From: Prevotella sp.
GTDB lineage: Bacteria > Bacteroidota > Bacteroidia > Bacteroidales > Dysgonomonadaceae
NCBI GenBank assembly: GCA_031285625.1
Contig: JAITVV010000093.1
Span: 1 to 64,000, forward strand
Length of the DNA: 64,000 bases
Direction of reading: 5' to 3'
Positions 19,938 to 33,379 of the stretch are shown here, piece by piece. Every line of letters begins with the position of its first letter. Within the stretch, counting starts at the first letter, position 1. Made by a program: the position numbers and the translations under genes. The notes beneath the pieces are model-generated. The model searched no databases, was not told the DNA's origin, and saw only the letters and a program-made list of their open reading frames with translations.

Positions 19938-21167
19938 TCAATCTCTTATTGCATGGTCTTTCGGAAACGATTCACCACGCCATGCTTTTTTAGTTGTCCA
20001 GTCTTCAGCAGTAGAAGCCCAGAATGAGTGGCTGGCAGGTAATCCTAAGGGTAAAAACACCTCAGAGGTCAGATACAAGCTACCATTATTTGTATACCAG
20101 TCCGCTAAATCAGGTTGATGTCCTGCAAAACCCAATTGTAAAAATCCTTTCTCATTGAAATTACCGTCCTGAGAGAACATACGTTTCATTACACAGGTTA
20201 ATCCACTGCGCACCTGTCCTTCGCTCAGTTCTTCCGGTAAATTTCCTTTCCATGACAATAATGCCAATGGCTGAAATACACCTAAACGATATGTCATAGA
20301 GCGCCCGAATACGGGGAAAGAACCCTCAGGTGAAATAAGGCGTTCCAATATAATACCGTATCGCTGCATACGTTTTATTGCTTTGTCCAAATTTTGTCTG
20401 GCAGCTTCTTCACCTTTGTCCCTTAAACGCATCTTTCGGTCTGCAAGCACTTGTAACACCTGTACATACATAGGCTGTATAACATAGCTGTTATAATAAT
20501 CAAAGGCAAAATGTTCTCCATCGGAATACCAGCCATCGCCGACATACCATTCCTCAATCTTGCGGATAGCACTATGTATACGGTACATATCATATTGCGC
20601 GCCTGCTTCCATCAGAAATGTTTCTACCATTGCCGAGAATAGCAGCCAGTTGGTATAGGGCGGGTCAATTCGGCGTAGTTGCTGAAATTCTTTGATATAT
20701 CTTTCCTTTGTTACATCATCGAGAGGTTCCCACAATTGTTTCGGTGCACGCAAGAAACTGCTGGCAATATAAGCGGCATCCACCAAAGGCTGCCCTTCGT
20801 TTCGCCACAGTAAATAATCGGGACTATCGGGATCCACAGCATGAGCGTAACTTTTCAATGCCCATTCCCGCAATTGTTTACGCTTTTTTCCTTCCTCTGT
20901 ATTGTCATCCGGTAAGCTAAGCCAGGGTGCGAGACCCGACATAAGCCTTCCGAAGCACTCCATATATGTAACATCCTTATTACGTCCATCCCATGTAGGG
21001 CTGAGCTCTACCTGCATATTTTTCTTTAACTCGCCTTTACTCATATTCCGTAGTACAGGCTCAGCTATACGATATGCCAGGTCTGACCAGTACTGACGGT
21101 CATTATCCATAGAATACAAGGAAACTATCGGGAATAAAAGCAATAGGAATAAAAACTTATATTTCAT
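19938..21167 (-). CDS. DUF2264 protein (GH154 beta-glucuronidase family)
   Basis: YMECFGRLMSGLAPWL, QPLVDAAY, NWLLFSAM, WYVGDGWYSDG, FDYYNS, GRSMTYR, YTNNGSLY. Confidence 0.8.
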   Translation of the reverse strand: MKYKFLFLLLLFPIVSLYSMDNDRQYWSDLAYRIAEPVLRNMSKGELKKNMQVELSPTWDGRNKDVTYMECFGRLMSGLAPWLSLPDDNTEEGKKRKQLREWALKSYAHAVDPDSPDYLLWRNEGQPLVDAAYIASSFLRAPKQLWEPLDDVTKERYIKEFQQLRRIDPPYTNWLLFSAMVETFLMEAGAQYDMYRIHSAIRKIEEWYVGDGWYSDGEHFAFDYYNSYVIQPMYVQVLQVLADRKMRLRDKGEEAARQNLDKAIKRMQRYGIILERLISPEGSFPVFGRSMTYRLGVFQPLALLSWKGNLPEELSEGQVRSGLTCVMKRMFSQDGNFNEKGFLQLGFAGHQPDLADWYTNNGSLYLTSEVFLPLGLPASHSFWASTAEDWTTKKAWRGESFPKDHAIRD

Positions 21168-21174
21168 AATACGA

Positions 21175-22326
21175 TTATTTATTCAAATACTTTACCATCT
21201 CGCTGGCTGCCAAAAGAAATGCTCCAACGCCAAAATCTGCAGTCGTTTCAGCCCCCACATCTTTATGCTGGTCGGCACGCTCACCAATTGGCTGCACATA
21301 ACCTATTTTTCCATCTGGTTGCAATGCTGTTTCAGTTAGATATTTCCAACTCTTATCTATTACAGGTTTATAAGTCTTTTCATCTAAGAATCCATTATTG
21401 ACGCCCCATAGATACCCGAATGTAAAGAATGCCGTGCCGCTGGTTTCATAACCCGGAGCATGTTCCGAATCCAACAGGCTTCTTGTCCAGAATCCTTCTT
21501 CTTGCTGACAGTCAGATAAAGCCTTTGCCATATCCTGATAAATTTTAATATACTCTGCTCTATGCGTATCATTTTCCGGAAGGTCTTGCAGCACTTTTGC
21601 CAAGCCTGCAAACACCCAGCCATTACCCCGCGACCAGAAATCTTTCATCTGATTTTTTGTCTTATGTTGAGGGTAAATATATTTTGCATCCCTATAGAAT
21701 AAATGGCTCTCCTTGTCATACATCAGGTCTCTGGCATACGAAAAGTATTCGTACAGCTTATCCAGGTATTGCTGGTTGCCTGTTATATTATACAACTTTG
21801 TCATTACAGGCATAACCATATATAATCCGTCTGCCCACCACCAGTAATCGTTCTGAGATGTAGACATCTCGTATTCCATTACTTCTCTGGCTCGCGCAAT
21901 CTTCTTTTCATCTTTTACCTCATCCATATTGTACAGGTCGGCATATACCTGAAAGCAAATCTGCCAGTCTCCGAAAAGTACAAAATCATCGGTTTCGCCA
22001 TAGCTGTATTTCCAGTCTGCTTTATTATCCGATTTAGCACCTTTCCATTCATTCTTTACAGCCCAGTCTTCCGAATATTTCTTATAGGCTTCTTCTCCGG
22101 TCACTTGATAGGCTGCCAGATTTCCTGTATGATAGGCTGCCGGATGCCAGAAAGCATTAGCAGGTTCAGGATGAGTTGATTGCCAATAATCATTTACTTT
22201 CTTTATTTGAGATATTACTTCTTCTCCGGTTAGAGTTTTAGGTTTCTCTTTTTCTGAACATGAGAAAAAAGAAGCTAAAAGAAGAAATGAAATGATTAAT
22301 CCGGGTATTTTCATATTTATAATCAT
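21175..22326 (-). CDS. GH105 unsaturated glycuronidase lipoprotein
   Basis: WWWADGLYM, FWSRGNGWV, ETSGTAFF, YVQPIG, FGVGAFLLA; lipobox. Confidence 0.88.
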   Translation of the reverse strand: MIINMKIPGLIISFLLLASFFSCSEKEKPKTLTGEEVISQIKKVNDYWQSTHPEPANAFWHPAAYHTGNLAAYQVTGEEAYKKYSEDWAVKNEWKGAKSDNKADWKYSYGETDDFVLFGDWQICFQVYADLYNMDEVKDEKKIARAREVMEYEMSTSQNDYWWWADGLYMVMPVMTKLYNITGNQQYLDKLYEYFSYARDLMYDKESHLFYRDAKYIYPQHKTKNQMKDFWSRGNGWVFAGLAKVLQDLPENDTHRAEYIKIYQDMAKALSDCQQEEGFWTRSLLDSEHAPGYETSGTAFFTFGYLWGVNNGFLDEKTYKPVIDKSWKYLTETALQPDGKIGYVQPIGERADQHKDVGAETTADFGVGAFLLAASEMVKYLNK

Positions 22327-22339
22327 TAATAAGAATTGC

Positions 22340-22414
22340 CTTTATCATGCTAAAGAAACCGGAAACTTCTTGCCCAAAAGGAGCGAGATGCTTCGTTTCC
22401 TCAGCATGACAAAG
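22340..22414. repeat. REP-like imperfect inverted-repeat element
   Basis: Right arm GAGATGCTTCGTTTCCTCAGCATGACAAAG; degenerate left arm CTTTATCATGCTAAAGAAAC. Confidence 0.65.
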
Positions 22415-22423
22415 ACAGTATTT

Positions 22424-25540
<3,117 letters not shown>

Positions 25541-25672
25541 TTAGAGTATTATATTATTTCTCAAAGGTGTAATTCCATCCTAAAATAGAAGCTACAAGAT
25601 ACTTATATTTATCTGGATGACAGAATTACAGTAATATTTTTTTAACATTTTAGACAAAATGGATTTACTTAT

Positions 25673-27625
25673 TTATTTTACTTTTTGATACACTCTTACA
25701 TAATCAACCTCATATACCAGTGGAAAAGCATTATCATCAGGAATACCTCCATGTATTCCTCCAATTGCTAAATTCAATAACAGATAGTGAGGTTGCCTGA
25801 AAGGATTCTTATTCTCTCCTAGAGACCCATTGTATGTATCTTCCAACGAAGTTTCATTCAACAATTCATCATCCAGATACAGGCGGATATATTTTTCATC
25901 CCAATCCATACGCCAGATATGAAACTTATCCGCCCAGTTCAGGTCTTTTTCAAGGAAATGGGAAAAAGGAGTTGCCGATGAATCCCATTTGGCATTGAAT
26001 CTCTGATTTGTTCCCCATGCTGTATTAGCCAGTATATGAGGTATATTTTTAATCCTGTAATATTCCATAATGTCGATTTCTCCATTTGAAGGCCACTCCA
26101 TAGATTTCCCCAGTGTCCAGATTGCAGGCCACGCACCGCTTGCTGTCGGGATTTTCGCTCTAATTTCAAATCTGCCATATTGAAATTCTTTCTTTCCTTC
26201 TGTTTTTAAAGAGGATGAAGTGTATCCGGCATATTCCCTGTTTTTTTGCCAGTTATTACTCGCGGCATCATAATTGGAATTTTTTATTTGTTCTTTCCTT
26301 CCTGCTATTGTTAATACTCCGTTTTTACAAACAGCATTGTTGGATTGATACCATTGAAGTTCCTCATTACGGGTAAAACCTTTTTCAAAGCTCCATATTT
26401 TCAGGTCAGGTTGTCCTTCATAATTGAACTCTTCATTCCAGACAAGCTTGTATCCTTCCCGTTCAGGAGGAGTTGTGTAATCAGCACTCATCTGCTCAAA
26501 GGCAGATAAATTCCAATTATCAAACCATTTGAGTACAGGGAGTCCATTTTCAAATAATATAGGTAGCCAAACATACCGTCCATCGATAGGATTTTTGGGC
26601 TTCCAGCGGTCTGCCATAAAGATGAATGTATCTTTCTTTCCCTGTACAGGTAAGATATAAGTACTTTGTGTATGGAAAGTCAGTTCGGCATCCTTACCTA
26701 TACATGGATTAGGGTATAACTTCCATTCTCCCATAATTTCATTGGCAACAAGCAAACGAGCCGCATTGGGAGCCCAGCCTGTACAGCCGGAGGTTATCAT
26801 AAAATAGCGTCCGTCTTTTTTGAATATTGCAGGCGCTTCGTTATGGCCTCCCGGTTCAATTCGGATATATTTACCTGTATAATCTAAATAATCTGTTGTA
26901 AGTTCTGCTATATGGAGTGTAAGGTTATCTTCTGATGAATAGATATGATAGGCTTTATTATCATCGTCTACAAATAAAGTCATATCACGGGACATTTGCC
27001 CGCCTTCAAAATCGCGACGGGTAAATAAACCGTCTTTTATGGCAGCCATCCATTCGGGAGTCCACCAATCCTTAAAATCACTTGCTTTTAAACGATCATT
27101 TTGTTGTTGAACGGTCATATTCAATGGCCACTTTCCAGCATTGACTCTATTGTTTTTAATAAACTGGTAAGGTCCTGTAGCCTTATCGCTAACTGCTATT
27201 CCTACATGAGCAGCTTCATATCCTCTTCCTTTCAGTTCGAGGTGAAAATACATAACAAATTCTCCTGTCAGGGTATTATAGATTACTTTAGGGCGCTCTA
27301 TTGTAGAGCCTTTTACTATCGGGCTATTAGGGTCTTCGCTTACAGGCAGGGCAATACCTTCATTTTTCCAGTTATATAAATCGGATGAAGAATAACATGT
27401 TACTCCAACTAAAGCCGCATTTGACCTTTCCCCTTTATGTTCTCCAAACCAATAATATTTTCCTTCATGAAAAAGTATCCCTCCTCCATGGGCATTAATT
27501 ATATTTTTATCTGTATCAAACCAAAGGTCTCCGGGATAGAATGAAGTTTTATTCTGAGCCTGAATAGAGAGATACCCAAACAGGGCTAATATATAGAATG
27601 TAAAAACAGGTCTAAAAAGATACAT
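25673..27625 (-). CDS. GH43_24 plus GH16 bimodular beta-1,3-galactanase-type enzyme
   Basis: INAHGGG, ERPKVIYN, SRDMTLF, EAPAIFK (GH43_24); WPAIW, GEIDIME, YLLLNLAIGG (GH16). Confidence 0.88.
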   Translation of the reverse strand: MYLFRPVFTFYILALFGYLSIQAQNKTSFYPGDLWFDTDKNIINAHGGGILFHEGKYYWFGEHKGERSNAALVGVTCYSSSDLYNWKNEGIALPVSEDPNSPIVKGSTIERPKVIYNTLTGEFVMYFHLELKGRGYEAAHVGIAVSDKATGPYQFIKNNRVNAGKWPLNMTVQQQNDRLKASDFKDWWTPEWMAAIKDGLFTRRDFEGGQMSRDMTLFVDDDNKAYHIYSSEDNLTLHIAELTTDYLDYTGKYIRIEPGGHNEAPAIFKKDGRYFMITSGCTGWAPNAARLLVANEIMGEWKLYPNPCIGKDAELTFHTQSTYILPVQGKKDTFIFMADRWKPKNPIDGRYVWLPILFENGLPVLKWFDNWNLSAFEQMSADYTTPPEREGYKLVWNEEFNYEGQPDLKIWSFEKGFTRNEELQWYQSNNAVCKNGVLTIAGRKEQIKNSNYDAASNNWQKNREYAGYTSSSLKTEGKKEFQYGRFEIRAKIPTASGAWPAIWTLGKSMEWPSNGEIDIMEYYRIKNIPHILANTAWGTNQRFNAKWDSSATPFSHFLEKDLNWADKFHIWRMDWDEKYIRLYLDDELLNETSLEDTYNGSLGENKNPFRQPHYLLLNLAIGGIHGGIPDDNAFPLVYEVDYVRVYQKVK

Positions 27626-27706
27626 AATTAATTGTTTTAGAAGTTAATAAGGCTTCTGTTATTTGAAGTCTTATTAACTTCTGTTTATATTTATGATAAC
27701 CAAACT

Positions 27707-29758
27707 TTATTTCTCTGCGGCCTGATCTGCAACAATCGGCCAATATGGATTTTGATAGATAGTAGATGAAGATACATCTGTGCCGCTCGTAGCTGTCAGT
27801 TGAAACTGTTTCACCATAATAGGTTGCAGATAATGAGCCATTTTCCATGTCATACCAGTATATCCGGCTTGTGCACTATAGCGTTCGTAAGGGCGAAGAT
27901 ATTCACTCTTCTCCTTTGACGATACATTTGCATTCTCAGACCCATCGGCAATCAGATTATTATACCAGTTTTCCATCGGAGTATTCCATAAATGAAATCC
28001 TTCGATATGATACGGAGTACTCATTAATTGATCCATCGAACGCCAACGGCAAATATCCATGTATCTCAATCCTTCAGCAAGTAGCTCGCAACGACGTTCG
28101 CGACGGATATTGTATAACGTAGGGTCAATCAGATTACCTGCAGAATATGCGCCCCAATCGTTGGCTGCCTCATTTGACATTACTGTTTTGCTGATAGTAT
28201 TATCAATATTAGTAGACACATGGGAACGTTGACGGATAATAGTCCAGTACTCACGGGCTGTCCCATCCAGAGATCCTTTTCTTTCGTAGCTGGCTTCCAT
28301 ATAATTCAATAATGCTTCTGTAGCCCTATAGCAAATTGCAGCAGTGTATCCGCCACCATTGGCATAATATTTTTTATTGAAAGAACCTCCTTTGCGTAAA
28401 GCATAACCTGTTGCATATCCGCGTTCACCATCTCCGTTTGTAATATCAGGATAAGGTTCCACCAAAACTGCTTCGGTACCTTCTGTATTATCCAGTTCGA
28501 ACAGAATATTCTTTTGTTCAGGTTCTTTCAGGAAAATAATCAGACGGGAATCCCTGTTGGAACGAACATCTGCAATCGTTTTATCTCCTTTATAGTAACC
28601 ATCACCGTCAGTATAAGAGCCGTGTGTATAAACGGGGCTTCCATCAGCCATCAGGAAGTTATTGACAAATCCACGGGTTACACCGATACGATAATTACCA
28701 CGACCTGCAGCAGAGTTTACATTATGAGTAGATAATCCACGCCCATACTGACGCCATAACAGCACCTCACTCACACCTGATAAATCTTCCTGAGCAAACA
28801 TATCGAAATATGGGTTTGCTGCATCAGTATCCGATTGTTGCAATACTCCGGTATTTTCGGTCAGTTTCCCTTTGTATTCTTCCGCTACTTGTTTAGATGC
28901 ATCCATTGCCTGATCCAGGAAAAAATTGATTTCCTCATCGATACTTCCACTTGGAAACTGATAACCTGAGTTATAGTCTTTTTTTGCTCCCGGCCAATCG
29001 GTACCATTCGGTACAAATGCAGTTCCTTTGAAATATTTCAGCCAGGTACCTTCATATAATGCTACTCTGGATTTCAGAAGAAGTGCTGCATCCTTATTGA
29101 TACGGGTTTTTGACATACTGCTTCCGGACATCAATGTTATAGCATTATCCAGATCCGAAAGAATAAAACGGGCGACCTCATTGCGTGGACTACGTTTGCT
29201 GGCTTCCTTCAACACTTCGCTGTTATCCGCTAATGGCTCCGTGATAATAGGGAAATCACCGAACATCTGATAACGTTTAAAATACTCACATGCACGCAGA
29301 AAATACATTTCTCCGATATAATGTTTTACATCCGACAAGTTGCCTCCTATTGTATTTGCCGACCCGCTTAAATCTTCTCCAAATCTTGGTAATACCAAAG
29401 AGAAGAAATAGTTGCAACGGTAAATCATTTCGAATTTCCAGTTATCACTTTCACTATGCGCCACTTTCCAGCGGTCAGAAGTATATCGGTCATGCGCCGA
29501 TACTCCGGTCTGGTTATCAGTGTCATTATCATTACCAAAGATACCATAACTCCATTGATTACTATGGGACGGAAGAATGTCTGCATATAAGTTATTAGTA
29601 TAATAAGCTAATTGGTTTGCATCGGTCAGAGTTGTCTCAGGAGAGGCATTCGACATAGGTTCTTTATCCAGGAAATCGTCACAGGAAGTAAATACTCCGC
29701 CAGTCAGAACAAGCAGGAGTGAACCTACAAATATTTTTGATTTTATGTTTATTTTCAT
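27707..29758 (-). CDS. susD: SusD/RagB family lipoprotein
   Basis: SCDDFLD lipobox, GEMYFLRA, FILSDLD, KSRVALYEGTW, IRRERRCELLAEGLRYMD, QNPYW. Confidence 0.93.
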   Translation of the reverse strand: MKINIKSKIFVGSLLLVLTGGVFTSCDDFLDKEPMSNASPETTLTDANQLAYYTNNLYADILPSHSNQWSYGIFGNDNDTDNQTGVSAHDRYTSDRWKVAHSESDNWKFEMIYRCNYFFSLVLPRFGEDLSGSANTIGGNLSDVKHYIGEMYFLRACEYFKRYQMFGDFPIITEPLADNSEVLKEASKRSPRNEVARFILSDLDNAITLMSGSSMSKTRINKDAALLLKSRVALYEGTWLKYFKGTAFVPNGTDWPGAKKDYNSGYQFPSGSIDEEINFFLDQAMDASKQVAEEYKGKLTENTGVLQQSDTDAANPYFDMFAQEDLSGVSEVLLWRQYGRGLSTHNVNSAAGRGNYRIGVTRGFVNNFLMADGSPVYTHGSYTDGDGYYKGDKTIADVRSNRDSRLIIFLKEPEQKNILFELDNTEGTEAVLVEPYPDITNGDGERGYATGYALRKGGSFNKKYYANGGGYTAAICYRATEALLNYMEASYERKGSLDGTAREYWTIIRQRSHVSTNIDNTISKTVMSNEAANDWGAYSAGNLIDPTLYNIRRERRCELLAEGLRYMDICRWRSMDQLMSTPYHIEGFHLWNTPMENWYNNLIADGSENANVSSKEKSEYLRPYERYSAQAGYTGMTWKMAHYLQPIMVKQFQLTATSGTDVSSSTIYQNPYWPIVADQAAEK

Positions 29759-29770
29759 GATTATATCTTA

Positions 29771-32700
29771 TTATAAGGTTATACTAAGTCCAAAAGACCA
29801 GGTTTTAGAAAGAGGATAGGCATTACCTCCACTTTTAATAAATTGATTCGCACTGCTGTTTGTATCACCACCATCAATAGTTTCAGGATCGAATAGTTTA
29901 GATAAAGAAGTGCCTGTCCAAAGGTTTTCTGCAGAAACAAATATACGGCAGCGGCTGATAGAAATCTTTTGTGTTAATGAAGCCGGTAATGTATAGCCTA
30001 TTTGTACATTTTTCAAGCGGATATAAGAAGCATCCTGTACATAGCGGCTTTGCTGTTTATGGTTCTTACCGGCTCCATTGCTTCCCCAACCAAATAATGG
30101 ACGAGGGTAATAAGAATCGAGATTTGCAGGTATTTCTCCGTTCAGTCCGCTAGCTTCAGCACGGAAATAATCGGCATGTTCTTTTAGTCCGGTAGACCAC
30201 CATTGGTCTTGTATTGCTCCCCAGAACATATTACTGTTCATCCACACATCACGTTTCATTACACCCTGGAAGAATGCTCTGAAATCGAACCCTTTATAAT
30301 CTGCCGAAAGATCAATCCCGAAGAAATAACGAGGTGTACTGTTTCCTATCACTTTCAGGTCGCCATGGTCGTCTAAAGTACCGGAACCTTCAGTGATGCC
30401 TGCTTTTCCATCCAGATCCGCATACATAATATCTCCTGCACCCCATTCTGAGCCGAAAGGTTGACCACCTACTTTTTCGAGATGTGCATCCATCTCTGCC
30501 TGGGTTTTGGCAATGCCAATAGTTTCATATCCCCATATTTCGCCCATTTTGCGTCCGGAAGCATATGACCATATAGAATTAGTTGTATTACTTGGATAGC
30601 TTTCTATTGTAGTCTGTGCATCTGATAACATCACTTTAGCGCTATATCCGAATCCATTCTTCAGGCGGTCATTCCATGATATCATTAGTTCCCATCCTGC
30701 AGTTTTCAGGTCACAGTTATTAGTCTTAGGGGTTGCAATACCTATTACAGACGGAAGTTCTGGTGCAGGACCTACCATATTGTCAGTGTACCTGTTATAG
30801 AAATCGAATGATCCTGTCAGGCGGTTATTGAATAATCCCCAATCAAGACCGACATTCCATGTACGTACTGTTTCCCATGTCAGCATAGTACTAATCAAAT
30901 CGCCTATCTTTGCAGTATTTGGTTTTACTCCGTTTTGTAACCATCCGCCATTGGCTGCTTTCAATTCCATTTCTCTGTAGGTTGGATACCATGCATTGGT
31001 ATTCTGGTTACCCAGTTCACCATATGATGCACGTAACTTCAATGTATTCACCGTTTGTTCGAGTGGTTGCCAGAAATCTTCGCGGGCAATGTTCCAACCA
31101 GCAGAAAAAGAAGGATACAAATCCCATCTGTTACCACGACGGAAACGGGATGTGCCGTCATAACGCATATTCACCTCTGCCAAATATCTGCCCTTATAGT
31201 CATAATTGATACGTCCGAAGAACCCGGCTGTAGCCCATTCGTTACGATAGCCTCCTACTTCCGGAATTTTCTCTTTTCCTGCACCATCCAGACTACTAAT
31301 CAGGTTCAATTCGGCTAAATCTTCCAATAGCAAACCATATCCTTTTGCACTAAAGAAAGACTGGCGCATCTCATCTGCCTGGAATCCGACCATTACTTTG
31401 AAGTTATGAGCTTCGTTGAATGACTTAGTATAGTCAGAGTAGATATTAAGATTCCAATAATTTTCTTTTTTATGATCCTGATACAGGCTATTTGTACCAT
31501 TTGTATTTACAATGTTCCCGGCTACGTCGTGATTGTAGTATGGCAATGAGATTTCGCGTACATCCCAGGTATTAGAACTATAATTGAATTCGAAATGTGT
31601 TTTCCAATCTTTAATAGGTTCTATTATAAATGCACCCTGATGGGATAATCTATCTGACTGACTTTTTCGTTGCCCTCCCAATGCCAATTGTATAGCCGGA
31701 GTATCAGCATTACTATTGTGATAATATCCATTTTCATCATATACGGGTAGATTTGGCCATGTCTGACGGCCTATTTTTTCATACAGCCCATCATTAAATT
31801 TAGTCGGTCTCCAATTATCTACACGGGCGAATCGCAGACTGTAATTGAAATCTAGCCAACTGGTCATCTTTGCATTTATCTTTGCAGTCACATTATAACG
31901 TTTAAGTCCATCATCTCCCTGACGCAACAGCCCACTTTGGTCGAGATATCCTAATGATGCATAATAAGCTAACTTCTCGGTGCCTCCGTTAAGACTTAAA
32001 TTGTGTTCTTGTGAGAAGTTGTTGTCTTTATATATTTCTGAGTACCAGTCTGTATTAGCATATGCAGCCGTAAAAGGATCTCCTGCCGGTTTACCCCAAA
32101 TATTTCCATCAGTAGGAAGTCCACCTTTACTTCCTCCGCCTTTTGCCTGAAAATCGAGCATCTGTTGCATAACATCATCAGAGAAAACTGTTCCCCAGCC
32201 AACCCCTTTAGCTGCTGCATTAAAGTAATTGGCGAAGGTGTATGAATCCATCATTTCCGGTAGGTTGATCGGGCTACTTATGCGGAAATTGTTATTGTAA
32301 TTAATAGAAGTCTGACCTGATTTTCCTTTTTTTGTAGTTATCAGAATAACACCAAAAGGAGCGCGTGAACCATAAATAGAGGAGGCTGCAGCATCCTTCA
32401 GTACTGATATATTTTCTATATCCTGCGGATTAATAGTATTTATATCACCTTCCATACCATCAATCAACACTAGTGGTGAACCGCTGGAGCCATCCCCAAT
32501 GGTGCCTACACCACGAATATTTATGCTCATATCTTTATCGAGAGCCCCGTTATTGGTCGAAATCTGTAATCCGGGAACAAGGCCTTGTAGAGCTTGTGTG
32601 GCATTCGTTACAGGGCGGGATTCCAGATCTTTAGCAGTTGCTATACCGACTGATCCGGTCAGATTTACTTTCTTTTGAGTTGAGAATCCAACAACAACTA

Positions 32701-33061
32701 TTTCATCCAATATTTCAGAATTTTCTTCCATCCTGATATTTAAATGAGTTTGGTTAGTGATCCCCACTTCCTGAGATTTATATCCCACATAAGAAAATAC
32801 TAATGTAGTTCCGGATGAAACTTGAGATAATGTGTATTTTCCATCCACATCTGTTAGTGTACCTGATGTCGTTCCTTTTACTGCTACAGAAACTCCAATC
32901 AGGTTTTCTCCAGTATTACTGTCAGTTACAGTACCTGATATGGACATTCTCTGTGCCCAGATGTTTGTAGAAGTAACTAAAGTTAGGATCAACAAGAAAA
33001 ATGTTTTGAAGGTGGCTTTTGGGAATATCCCACCTTTCTTTTTTGATTTTTTTTTCTTCAT
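29771..33061 (-). CDS. susC: SusC/RagA TonB-dependent transporter
   Basis: LDEIVVVG, KKVNLTGSV, VLKDAAASSIYGSRA.FGVILITTK, C-terminal YPLSKTWSFGLSITL. Confidence 0.95.
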   Translation of the reverse strand: MKKKKSKKKGGIFPKATFKTFFLLILTLVTSTNIWAQRMSISGTVTDSNTGENLIGVSVAVKGTTSGTLTDVDGKYTLSQVSSGTTLVFSYVGYKSQEVGITNQTHLNIRMEENSEILDEIVVVGFSTQKKVNLTGSVGIATAKDLESRPVTNATQALQGLVPGLQISTNNGALDKDMSINIRGVGTIGDGSSGSPLVLIDGMEGDINTINPQDIENISVLKDAAASSIYGSRAPFGVILITTKKGKSGQTSINYNNNFRISSPINLPEMMDSYTFANYFNAAAKGVGWGTVFSDDVMQQMLDFQAKGGGSKGGLPTDGNIWGKPAGDPFTAAYANTDWYSEIYKDNNFSQEHNLSLNGGTEKLAYYASLGYLDQSGLLRQGDDGLKRYNVTAKINAKMTSWLDFNYSLRFARVDNWRPTKFNDGLYEKIGRQTWPNLPVYDENGYYHNSNADTPAIQLALGGQRKSQSDRLSHQGAFIIEPIKDWKTHFEFNYSSNTWDVREISLPYYNHDVAGNIVNTNGTNSLYQDHKKENYWNLNIYSDYTKSFNEAHNFKVMVGFQADEMRQSFFSAKGYGLLLEDLAELNLISSLDGAGKEKIPEVGGYRNEWATAGFFGRINYDYKGRYLAEVNMRYDGTSRFRRGNRWDLYPSFSAGWNIAREDFWQPLEQTVNTLKLRASYGELGNQNTNAWYPTYREMELKAANGGWLQNGVKPNTAKIGDLISTMLTWETVRTWNVGLDWGLFNNRLTGSFDFYNRYTDNMVGPAPELPSVIGIATPKTNNCDLKTAGWELMISWNDRLKNGFGYSAKVMLSDAQTTIESYPSNTTNSIWSYASGRKMGEIWGYETIGIAKTQAEMDAHLEKVGGQPFGSEWGAGDIMYADLDGKAGITEGSGTLDDHGDLKVIGNSTPRYFFGIDLSADYKGFDFRAFFQGVMKRDVWMNSNMFWGAIQDQWWSTGLKEHADYFRAEASGLNGEIPANLDSYYPRPLFGWGSNGAGKNHKQQSRYVQDASYIRLKNVQIGYTLPASLTQKISISRCRIFVSAENLWTGTSLSKLFDPETIDGGDTNSSANQFIKSGGNAYPLSKTWSFGLSITL

Positions 33062-33145
33062 AGTAAGAAATGATTAAATGGTGATTAACTTCATGGTAAC
33101 ATATTACGCCCAATAGTATCAGTTTTTGGTAACATGTTTTGTGTT

Positions 33146-33216
33146 GTACAAATGTGATAATATTGGAAGTAAAACAGGGGGTACAAATGTTTCAAATTAG
33201 TACTACAAAAAGATCA
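33146..33216 (-). promoter_or_regulatory. Putative susC promoter with HTCS-type direct repeats
   Basis: Degenerate -7 box CACATTTG (minus) near 33149-33156; TACAAATGTTTCA (33182) and TACAAAAAGATCA (33204) 22 bp apart. Confidence 0.4.
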
Positions 33217-33379
33217 TTTTATTAATAATTATAATAATTATTTTATTTAAGTATGTGTATATAAGTGTGTTGTTATTTTAAGTGTATATTTTATACTTTT
33301 TGAGTAAAGATTCAGAAATAGTGGTAATTTTTTTGTAGATTCGCATTATATTATTTTTTGCTAGTACTAAAGAAACACC

